Source: Phoronis australis
Lineage: Eukaryota; Animalia; Phoronida
NCBI GenBank assembly: GCA_002633005.1
Contig: NMRA01000118.1
Location: forward strand, 558,707 to 622,706
Reading direction: 5' to 3'
Length of the DNA: 64,000 nt
A program made the position numbers and the translations under genes. Under the pieces are notes generated by a model. That model searched no databases, was not told where the DNA came from, and saw only the letters and a program-made list of their open reading frames with translations. Positions 12,801 through 24,800 of this stretch are shown here, piece after piece; position 1 is the first letter of the stretch; every line of letters begins with the position of its first letter.

Positions 12801-15800
12801 AGGTGAGTAAATTTCAAAATTAACAGAACAATTTTGAAATTAGACAAAGTTTCAAACACAAAACCATGACTATTTGGCTGGAACACATTTCAGTTCTGAC
12901 AACTTCTCAACAAACCCTTGACAACGTACTTTGTTAAAATTGCGGCAACTTGAATTCCAAATCCATTCACAAAAACAAATTGGTTGAGAGGCACAATAGC
13001 ACCACGTTAGACCGTGACTCAAGTTTGGCAAAAATGCGCGACTTTACTGTAACAAATATTTCACTATTGACCTGATAATTCCGGCAAACACTTCATTCAA
13101 GTTTACCAGAGTCGGACAGAATTCTTATTGTTTTTGAAATACCGGAACCAAGCACGTCTGAGATTTTTGTTTTTCAAATTTTAAGTAATTAAGTTGATAT
13201 TTACAATTTTGCCAGCGACATTCTCTGGCTAAAAGGCCTTAAAACAAAATCTGAAACATGCCCTTCTAGCTAATAAAATAAAGAAGTGAGAATTGCAAGT
13301 TTCATGTAAAATCATATGTTTCTGGAAATTATGGCAATGTCCATGAAAAATCAAGATCTTCAGACGAACGCAGTCACATGATTGCAAACATTCGAGGCAT
13401 AATTTTTGTGCACATAACAAGAATCTATGATCACCAACGACGTTCTATAGTGTTGTAGGGATAATTTTCAGGCAACAAAAATAGCCAATTATCTTGAGGT
13501 TATGCATGACCTTACAGACAAGTTTGTGTATTAGCTATAATTATTAAATTTTGATTTTAAGTCAGTAAAAGTATATTTTTTGAAAATATTGAGAAAGCCT
13601 GTAAAACTTTGACCTTTTATCACTCTGCAGGTGACCGTATATTTTGCAGTAAAAAAGAATGAACATCAATAGGAAAATAACAGTATCAACAAAATGCTAT
13701 AACTAATTTTTCTAAATTATCATTTTGTTTTCATTTTATGCAACCTTTGAGATTTTTTCATGAAAATGTTCTTTATTTGATAACCCCTCACACATATGTG
13801 GAGCATATTGAAAACATTTCTTGACAACTTTTTGGACAACAGAGGGCGACATGCATAGTATCTGAAAGTTTTATTTGAATCTGAACACCCACCTCTGAAA
13901 TACAAGGTCAGAAGTCGAGTCAAAATTAATGGTAATTTTTCTAGGGACTTACATATTACCTTAACACAGTTCATTCTGCTATTAGTTTCAAAAAGATTTT
14001 GGTGAAACTCTTTCACCAATTTTCAAAAACACAATGCAAATGATTTTTTATTCTGTGATATCTGCAGCTGTATGAAACTTAATTTAGAACAAGATATCAA
14101 AGTAAATTTATGGGCTACATACGTCCGAGTCTCGATGGATCTCCCGGTCACGCTGCGTCATATCAGCAACATTCTTAAAGTAAACTGGCAAAAAAGAAAA
14201 CATCAATAGTGATTATGAAACAGAGTTAAGAAACATTATTAGTACGAAGAATTACTATTTCATAATAGTTCTTGTTTTAGGCCAAATTAATACAAGAAAA
14301 TAAATAACCAGCACTTTAGTGAGCCATGACATTCTTCATAACATTCATTTTCTCTGAGATATTAATTGATTTTCCACACGTTTTCCCCACAAGAAGTAGA
14401 TACAGCTATTTTCATTGCAAACAAGAATTATAATTGTTTACGAGCTTGACTAAATGCATCAAGTTGCATTATAAAATGAGAAGAAATAAGTTCTTCCCTA
14501 AATGAATATAATAAATAAACATTTCTCTCTTTTCATTCCTCAAGATTTTTCAGTACATGTAACATATTTTTGCACTTTCCTGGTTTTCCACAATGATTCA
14601 AGAGCCAAACAGCTGGTCAGACAAGGTCTAGACTTATGTATACTCACAATAGGCCTTCTGCTGGTCTACAGGTAGTCCATCTAGGCCATAGTAATACTTG
14701 TTACCTAGTGCCAACAGAGACAGTCGATGGCGGTCCTGGGCACCATATAGCAGTAACAGGAATGCCTGGTGATACAGTATGTAGAAATAGTGTCAAACAG
14801 ATAAATCACCTTTCCTGTTAATTATTAAATCTTATTTTTAGACAGTACAGGTTTTGACCGATCAATTAGCAAGGAATTGAGTCGACTGGTCGCCTAGCCA
14901 AATCTGACCATACAAGCAACAGTTTACTAGGAGTCACCACCTTGCTCCAAACTTAGGTCTGAAATCTGGGACACGTACCAAATCACTCACAAATCTTGTG
15001 CATGCAATAAATAAAGCAACAATTTCATAATAATTACACTCAAATTGACGCAATTAAACAAACTGGATGTGGTGCAACAACGGGACAGTGTTTTTAACGG
15101 CGTATTCAAGAGACAGTATTGAAGTCAGCACTGCAGTCAAAAGTGCGGTCTGATGTTAGTCTGCTATTGTTCCAAACGGTTGAAGAATAGTTTCTGTGTC
15201 GTTGGATAAAAATTTGTGACCTTTGGTGTATGTGTTCATGCATTGTTATAAAAATGCAAATCGAAAAAATAATAAAGAACACTGAAAGCTTCATGAAAAG
15301 TATTTTTAACATTCTAGGTACAACTTAACTTTCCTGTTGAAAAAATGAAAATGACTATTTCTTTGCTAAATAAAAGCAAATTTAAACAGATGCATTTTAA
15401 TGAAACTTGCTTAAAACCACGCTTCTTGCAGACAGTACTACAATCCAGTGTCCGTACAAGAGTGTGTGTCTGCGACAGAAAATGAGAAAACATCAACGAG
15501 AAGACCATGAGGCTTACACCGTCTTACAACATGACTCACCAGCTTTTCGTTCACACGGACGCCCAACCCATTGCTGAAAATTGTTGCCAGGAGAAATGTA
15601 GCATCGTGGTTTCCATAGCAACTGGAGGAGTGCAAAACAGACACTAGTCTTCTTAATTTCTTGAAGTCTCCTTCATTCTGAATGAAAATGCTAACAATTA
15701 ACTGTGAATGTGTAAATCTGCTATAATTGAATAATTTTGTAAAACAATGTTAAATCAATATTTGCTGTAAAATCTTGAACCATTTGCTGTGATTTCACAA

Positions 15801-18800
15801 TCAATTGACAAAACTACTAAAAACAAAAAGTGACAAAAACAAAATGGAAATGTCTAAGGAATAAAACAGACTAGAAGCATTTAACACACTTTATTTCAGG
15901 ACATAATAAACCAAATTAAAACACAATAGTGGACCAGTGGCATTTTATTTGTCCACATTAAGTAGCCTGTTCCACAGTTGTCATGAAACATCAACAAATA
16001 AACAGAAGCATTCAATGAACAATTAAAAAAGGCCAGTTTTGAGATATATTTTCGTCTAAAATTTGCGAGATTGTACTTTAAATTCATTATAACCTGTATC
16101 AAGTTCCAGGTTCCTTTTAAATAATTATAACATGGAAGATGATTAACGGCAACTACCCATCAATTAACCAGTACGTTAGATGGGTTAAAGCATGCTTTTA
16201 TAGAGCTTTACATAATATTTTATGGGCAATAAGTAACACACCACTATTTCTGTTGCGTTCTGGTACATGACGTCAGCAAGAAAGGGCAAGTTGATCTGCT
16301 GATTCTTGAAGACAGTAGAGCGAACAATGTCTCTGATCAAGCGGTACTTGCACTGGCATGGCATCTGTAGAATGCTACACTGCAGTAGACTGACACGCCT
16401 GGGGGGATGGGCGTGGAGAACGGTTCTCCAATTTTGGTAGCACGACCCTGCAGGGGAAGGTACAGGCTTCAACTATCATCACACCATTCCACCTGTGATG
16501 TTTAGTAAACACATGGAACATAATTCAACCAAACCAATTTGAGACCTACTTTTCTTTACTTTAGTAGCAAACAATAAAAACCAAGTCTTAGCTGGTGTGT
16601 TGAATGGTACCACAACTATAGAAACAGAAAGTTTTCAGGTGAACAGATTTAAAAACCTTCTTAATCTAGAATAAACTTCCAACAGATTAAATTCTCAATT
16701 CATTTTTCAAAAATAAGCTTTTACCAATTTGAAAATACTTGAAAACCATAAACAGGCACCTTGCAGGCACAAAACTAGATTTTCTCATAGCACATGCATT
16801 CCCAATAGTAAACTCTAATCATCAAGTACCCTTATTTTCAAGGTACTCACTAGCCCGATTGATTTTCTCTCTCAACTCCCTGTACTTGAGTATGTGGTTA
16901 TCTATCCACCTTATGGGACGTCTACATCTCCTAGAGATCACTCCGTTCCAGCCCAGGTTGAACATGGGGTGGTCACTAGCTGGCTTGTCAACCTGAGCCA
17001 ACAGGAATATTGAGGTAAACATGAACAAATTGTATGGCCAAGATTTGCCCAGATATCAATCACCACACACGGATCCTACAGTAGAATGGAGACGGTCCAC
17101 CAAGCCCCTGTACTGTCTTCACAGTTTTCACCTGCGGATACTTTAGTATACTTTCATGATATTAAAGTATCCGCAGGTGAAAACTGTTTTACAGACACAC
17201 AATAAAGTTAAAGAACTGTTAGCCAGGCACATTTTTTGTTGCTGAGAAAGTTCTCTTAAAATAGGCAGCCCTCAGTTATGCATGATATTTCACTAAGTGG
17301 AATTTAAATAATTTTAGAGGCAAAATAGTGTGTAGTCACTATTAACAACTCGTTCGGAAGCAATATGAACCACGGAGAGTTTTCGTACAAGGCAATAACC
17401 CACATTAAAGAACATACCTCAGACCACATTAAGAACCTCCCCCTATACAGTTCAGCTAAGCCAACATAGCCTTTAAAAGACGGCATCAGCTCCGTTCCTC
17501 CTACAACGTAAGTTCCTCGGAGTTCGTCATAGTAATAGTTGGTAGGACTCCTAGTGGCAGAAAACGGAGGGAAAAATATTAGTCAGATGGCAAACAAAAC
17601 CACAGAAAACTACCGCGTATGAGAACCATGGACATTATGTGTTAATACAAGTAAGACTGAATGTAACAACTGATAGTGACCCGTGGGAATGTCACACAGT
17701 ACCTAATATGACTGAAAATGTCCCCACAGCCTCTGGGGTGTCTTTCAAAAAAGTGGGGGACTCTTCCAAAGCTTATGTATTAATCACAACGAACAACCTC
17801 ACACAGCCATAAGAAAGAGGTTCCCGATTTTTTGTGGACATCTGTGTGAGTACAAGAAGTCATTTATGCCTGTCAAGCAAAACTGACCATAAAGAGCCGT
17901 ACCTGGGCTTTTTCTTGGTGAGGATTCTGATTCACTGAAATGCAACACAGCAGGCATGCAAATAACAGGTTGGATAAAAATTAGGATACTCAAAAGACAT
18001 AAAGAATCCAATTACACACTTACTCATAGTATGTAGTCTGTATACCCTCTCCTTGACACTCAAGACTTATAGTCCACTGTAAACAAGAGAGTAGAAAATG
18101 AGGGACACCTTCGAGTTAAAAAAAAAATTAATATAATTTTTAAATAAAATAATGATTTTTTGACTCGTTACAATAGTAATGCAAACCATTCACAAAATGC
18201 TGCCTTTTAATGCCTCGCTATGGAAATCACAGACACCGACAAAATCACACCATGTTATTCTATTACTTAAGTGGAAAGTGGGTAACTTAGTCGAGATCCA
18301 ACACATTTTGATAGAAAATATTGTGAAAACCCAATCAATGGGTCCGTTAGTCATTTATCGCATAATATGTGTATTTTATTAAACTTCTGGGCCTGCAGTG
18401 ATTTGGAAGGCCAACCTACAATTTATATGAAAGACTACAGAATGAAAGCCCCCTGAAAAGACCTTTACTCTAACTTAACACACCTGAATAGAAGCAGTGG
18501 TTCCACTGGGTTTTTGAAATGCCAATCCAGAGGACTGACTGGTTGATTTAATTCTGGTTTTCGAAGAAAATCGTCCTATATCAGATGTGATACACAGTCA
18601 TTAAAGTGTATTTCTATTTTGTCCCATGAGTTTTTACGAGCATTTCACAAGTCCACTGATTTTTCGAGTCCAGGGTAGTTACTGTTGTCGCTAGTGGGAA
18701 TAGTCTCCGGGGACATCATGTTGTGATTAGTGCCTTCACAGCAGTACATTAGGGATGGTCACACCCTAAATTTACACTTGTCTTACCAAATCTAAAGTCC

Positions 18801-21800
18801 ACCACAACCTCTCAATTCTTAGCAACAAAATCTATTCTTCAAAAGAACTATTCTTTTATCGCATTTTTAAGAGTCGAATCCCAGCCCTGCATGCAAAGAT
18901 TTGTACAGGACACTTGTTTTACCACAAATTTATGAGGAACATAATATTGCAATCTCCAACAAACGTTTTAGGTACTGTTGTGAAAGTCACATCCCTTGTC
19001 CAATTTTCAAAATTCAAAAAGTAACCCAACTACGTAATTATGCTTTTCACGAACTATTCGGATGTGCTACTTTCAAAACAAAAAATTTAAAAATACTGTT
19101 GTCAGCCTTAATGTGTTTTGGCCTCATTATCTAGAGAACAATAACATCAGCAGTCTGAGGAAATTTAATTTACCATAACAGCAAGGTGTCTTTGATCTCA
19201 ATTCATCCGACAAATTCTGTGGTGGGCAACCTGGTCCAGTTCCCCAATCTGGACTGGTTATTCTTTTCATTGTTAATTCACATACAAAGCCAAAGTACTA
19301 GGTGCTCTCCAGGTAACATTTGTGGCTGACCTAGCTGACTTTTATTGTTAGAAACTATAATCTGGCAATATTTTCTACCACTAAGCGAACTTGCTGTGAT
19401 GCATGGTTGTTGGCAATGACCATAGACACGCTAGATATAACCAATTTATTTGCAGCTTGAAAACCATGGTGCATTTGCCAGGCCACATTGTTTACGAAAG
19501 TCACGCATCAAAAACACAGATCATAACTACGTCACTATCGGCATTGACTAAGTCCGGTAAAAATGGATAAAAGCTGCTGACTAGTTTTCTGGCCAATACG
19601 GTATGTTTACCTCACCATGGTTACGTGGTACACTTAAGACCGCGCACACTTACATGCCCCCCGCGTAGACCGAAGATCAGCTGGCACCATCTGTACCTGG
19701 AGATAACGAAGGGAGTCAGAAGGGCCACGCCCCTGTAGCTGTTTGTCTCCAACTGGATATGGACTTTACCTGGATAAAGCAGTAGGACATGACTGAGTAC
19801 ACAGACATCTTGAACAATTCATACAGTGGTAAGCATGAAACGGTGACAGAGGAAAACATACCATATAGTAGAACAATACAGTAAGACTCAGAGGTCTGCT
19901 TCATGGAAGTGACTTCACACATAAGACAGAAATTTGGAATTATTGTGCTTCCACTTCACAGTTGCTGAAAAAGGATTAATCAAAATGAGGATATCACCCA
20001 ATACAAATAAATTAGAAGCTATCAGTAACCACTAATTATATGTATATTCTCAAGGACTTTGTACTTTAAAGATTTAATTATTTTCAGAGATAGTTGGGTT
20101 AAACATATGATCAAACTTCTGACTTAAGCTTTAAGTTACAGTTGGAGACCCTGGTGCAATTAATTGAAGTATAATGTATACGTGAAAACGGAAAAAAAAA
20201 CAAGTTTGCAAATTGCTTTTATTAGTTCAAATTTGAAAATCCAGTACTGATCAACTACTAGTAAGCTCACCGAGATCCGTAAGAAGGATGAGGGGTGTTG
20301 GCATGGCATCATCCCAGGTAATCCTCTGTATTATGCCACATAGTTTCTGTCCCTTGCCACAATACTCCATCACATACAGCCAGACATTTAGTGTAAACCT
20401 AGTCACAATATTAGTCAATAGTTAACACTCTGTATTGGAGATGCCCGGCTTGTCGTAAAAGGGGGCAAAATGATGTTTTTGAAGACCCTAAATAAAGCAT
20501 ACCAGAGCGTTTTTGGCCATGCCGGGGGGGGGGGGGGGGGCCNAAAGCCACAGCTTCAATAATTTCACTCAGGAGTTAATTACTCTGTACAATTGAGCTG
20601 ATGATGGAAATAGAAACCCGCCGTGGCAATAGAACAATTTTATGAGAGGAATTCATTGTCTGATTGAATTTTCAGTTTTTAATTAAAGCCACCTAACAGG
20701 GTGAACTCAGTTGTGCAAACACTAAGGATGGTCCAGTGTAAACCCAGTGACACGTTCATTCTAAACAGTGATGTTCAAGAGACTATAGTAGCACTAGACG
20801 AAAAATGAACAGCAAAGAAGATGAATACTTACACAGGGTTGTGAAGAGACTTCTGCCTCGCTCTACGCATTCTATGATGGTGATACTCTGAAAGTCGCCG
20901 GTGGACGCCCTGTGATGAACTTGAATATACGACTGGTTGGCGAAGCAGAGGAACTATAACTGTAAAATCACCACAGCCTGTAAATCTTGGTCAGGTACAA
21001 CCAATAGTTGGGGTTATGAAGAATCTCACTCCAGGTTAGACATGACTTAAACTTATCTTCACGACTAAAACTACACTCATGATTGAATCTAAAGTCATGA
21101 CTGAAATTTTAGTCCCGACAAGAGCATGACTAAATAATTAGTAATGACTAGAGCATGACTAAATAATTAGTCATGACTAGAATGTGACTGGGGTTGACTG
21201 CTGCTACAAAATCATGAACACAGAATAAATAATTGGGAAGATTTCGAATTACCAGGAGTTTTAAATTGTCAGTCAATTGAATAATTCTCAAACAAATGAA
21301 ATGTAAGCATAAATTTTTCAAAATGTATGAAGTAAATTAATCGACAATAATTCAAATATCGCCTTGAATAACAATATGTGAGCCAAGAGGATATGGTTTT
21401 AATAAAAATCGGTCATTTACAAATATTTCTAAAAAAATAAACACAGCATCAAATGTTTTGAAAACAAGAAACAATTGAATTTCCAATAAAACAATCACTA
21501 AAAATAAACTATGTAAGGCTACCGACAACAGCTATGGGGTAAGTGCTACAATTCACACAAGTCCAATTGGGCATACTCACATTGCTCTGCTCTACAAAAC
21601 ACATTAGAACACTGTTCTGATCTGAAATAGTGACTATTGTACCATTGAAAGCTCAATGCGCTGGCTTTTGACTTCCTGGTATAGGGTGGGGCAAGAGAAA
21701 CTGTCACCGAGGTCTTCACACTTGTGAAGTCATATGAGGCATCGCCACGTTTTTTCCATGTGTCCAACTCAATAATCCAAGCACGTACTGTAGCTTTCTC

Positions 21801-24800
21801 TGATTGGATGATTAAACGATTCAAACAGTCGGGACGGAAAGCAGCACTGTTTACCAAGTGCACCGCCAAACTTTTAGTCCTAGTCGATCCTTGAGTAGGT
21901 CGACATCTCCAGGATGTAGAAAATATCCTTTTAGTTTTCTTGGAGCTCAGTTGTACAATAACATCTACACCTATCATCTTATTTTTTGTACACTGGATTT
22001 CCAATACTATTTCACTGCACTGTTCAAGAATTGTAGGCACCTTCGTAATTGTCACAGAATTTAAGACAACACTTTCACTTGACACGACCAGCTCCTGAAA
22101 TGAGAGAGATTAGTGGCAGTGAACCAAATAGAGACTTGGCAGTACTTACATTTTAAACCAAAATGAAATTCAAAACTTAAAGCTGAATTCTAGTTGTACA
22201 TTGATAAAGATAATGAATTAGTTCCAAAAACACTTTACACAAAATGTTGGTTTCAATGCTGACCTTAATGCAACAGTACAAAAGACTGATATAAGTAGTG
22301 ACACAATACTTTTCAAAATAAAGTTAACAACATTGAAATTCAACTATTAAAAGTTTTTTTGCACAAAGCCACCGTGAAAATGTCCACTCCTAAAAACGAG
22401 TGATAGCATGATTTGCACTATATTTCCAGAATTTTGGCTAGAAAAAAATCACAGCCAATTTCTACACAATATTTGCCTTACTAACGAGAATTGGCGACAA
22501 GGGCACTGAACCTCAAAGTAAACTCTGACAAGTGTCCTACAAAATATATTTTGTATACTTTTTACCAGGTACAGTTCAACTTATGTGTCATATAACTGTC
22601 AGTGTGACAAGATGATTATCCAACGTTTGGCAGTCTGACAGAGTTCTGACAGGGAACTCTGTCAAGAATTTATTTTGAAAACTACAGTATGACCAAAGAA
22701 ACATGGTATAAAACCTAAGGTTTCGACATTTCTTCTACAAAGGCCATATTCCCATCCCACAAAAAAAACATAAAGATAAATTTGTAAGCAGCTAACAAGT
22801 TCTCACAAAGTTCAAAGGCTGAAAAAACAAATTCACAAATTGAGGTTAACCAGTTGTTCATTATAATTTGTTGGTATCAGATTAAATGTATTAATACACA
22901 TGAAATGCACCTTTCACTTAAGTTCAGTGTACACATTACCACACAACAACATTGTATTTGTCACCAACAAATACAGGGACACAAAGAGACACACTCTGTC
23001 TGCTCACTCAATATCAGAGTTTCTTCATTCTTATCAAAGGTCAATATTCTTTTTTGTGTTATTTATAAGACTCTAAATCATCCATAAATTCTGCCAAAAT
23101 TTATTGAGAAATGCTTTGACTTTTGTTAACTCGTTATCAATCCTCACTTTCTGTAGCAGTATAAAATATCCATTTCCATCCCAACCTAAGCAACACAGTA
23201 TTCAATACAGTGACAATGCTACACAAACACATCAAAACGATTTAGTCCTGACAGAGATTAGGTACATTACAAACTTGTCTGGATAATTTTAGATAGACTA
23301 AATTTTTTTTCTCTGAAACGCTTATTTTCTTATAAAACATTTTAGGAAGTTCGATACTTAGCTCTTTTAAAAACTTGATATTAAGAAAACAACACACCTA
23401 CAAAACTTGACAGTGTTATAATTTAAAACCAATTGAAATTATTTATATCATTCTATACTTGTTTCTAAAAACAGTAAATCTTACTTAAAAAATAACAACA
23501 AATCAGTACTTACTGAAAGGTTAATTTGATTCTAGTAAGTCAAAGTAATAATGGTGATATTGATAAATAATGTGTTGTTTCAGTGTAATATTTTATCTTG
23601 TACCATTTTATACTAGAAATTATAGAAGAGGAAAAAATAAAAAACATGGACAATGAGATGAGATATACTCTTGATGAACTGGGAATACATTGGGCAACAA
23701 GCGATGGGTAAAGAGGAGATGGCCCAGCTATCACCATAAGCACTGAAGATCATTCACTGTCAGATAAGTGACGTTACTATTAAATAATGGAGTCTGAATA
23801 TTCTAGATTACATTGGAAAACTGAGCTGGTCTTAATTGCTAATAAAAACTCAAAAGTGACACTACACAAAACAGTTCCAAGACTTTAATAAAGTAATCAG
23901 CTGGTATAAGCAATGCCTTGATACACTGTTGTGCAATAAAAGGCAAAGCCTGCATCTCCCTCAAGCACCTGCCACTATGAGGTTTTATAATGATAAAGAA
24001 CACTCCTTAGTGATAAACAGTACCACTAAAAGAAAACGGGGAAAATATTAATCCCTGACTGTCAATTCTACCTGGACATATTTTCTCACATATTCCAGCT
24101 GAAAATGACAGGTAATTACTACCAGTGGCAATCTTCTGATACCACCAAGATAGTCCATTTATATACACCAGAGTATTCTCCAAAGGAGCAAATTCGAACT
24201 CTACAACATTCGTATACTATTCGTGTTCGAAAGCCCATGTCCTTTCTATGGCTAGTTTGTGTTAACTCTTGGAATAAATGCATTGACTGGTACCAAAAGG
24301 CCAAAGTGTCCTAATTTTCTCAAGAAATTATCCATCTCCCATTGCTTCAAATTCAATGAATAAGTTTTCAAACTCGACACAAGTAAGCTAAACTTGTCAA
24401 AATTGAAACTCAGCGCAATGCGTAACAAGAGGAGAGCACTGTACATGGACAGAACACACCTAATTCATGAACGATCCCCGTCAATAACTTGATCATGATC
24501 CTATGCAACAGTCAGTATGAACTGACCTTGGGCTGTTTTCTGATGCCATGCTGAAAATGGTGAAAGGTAATCTTGTTTTCTCTAGCACATTTATTTTGTG
24601 GATTTGGTTTTAACGCATTATGAAGAACCGCATACATGGGTTAGACCAGCCTAACCAAAATACAGTTTAGCAGTGCACTCCATCCATAAATATTTAGTTA
24701 TCACAATTTTTTATGCTTGATTAGATCCTAAATGAGACTAGTGAAGCAGTTTAGAGTTCCCATTTTATGAATACTCCAGAAAATTACCCACCTTTTAAGG

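Noticed and set aside
20524-20543. Poly-G run as a G-quadruplex or regulatory site
   Set aside because: It sits next to an N at a probable contig join, so its length and context are unreliable
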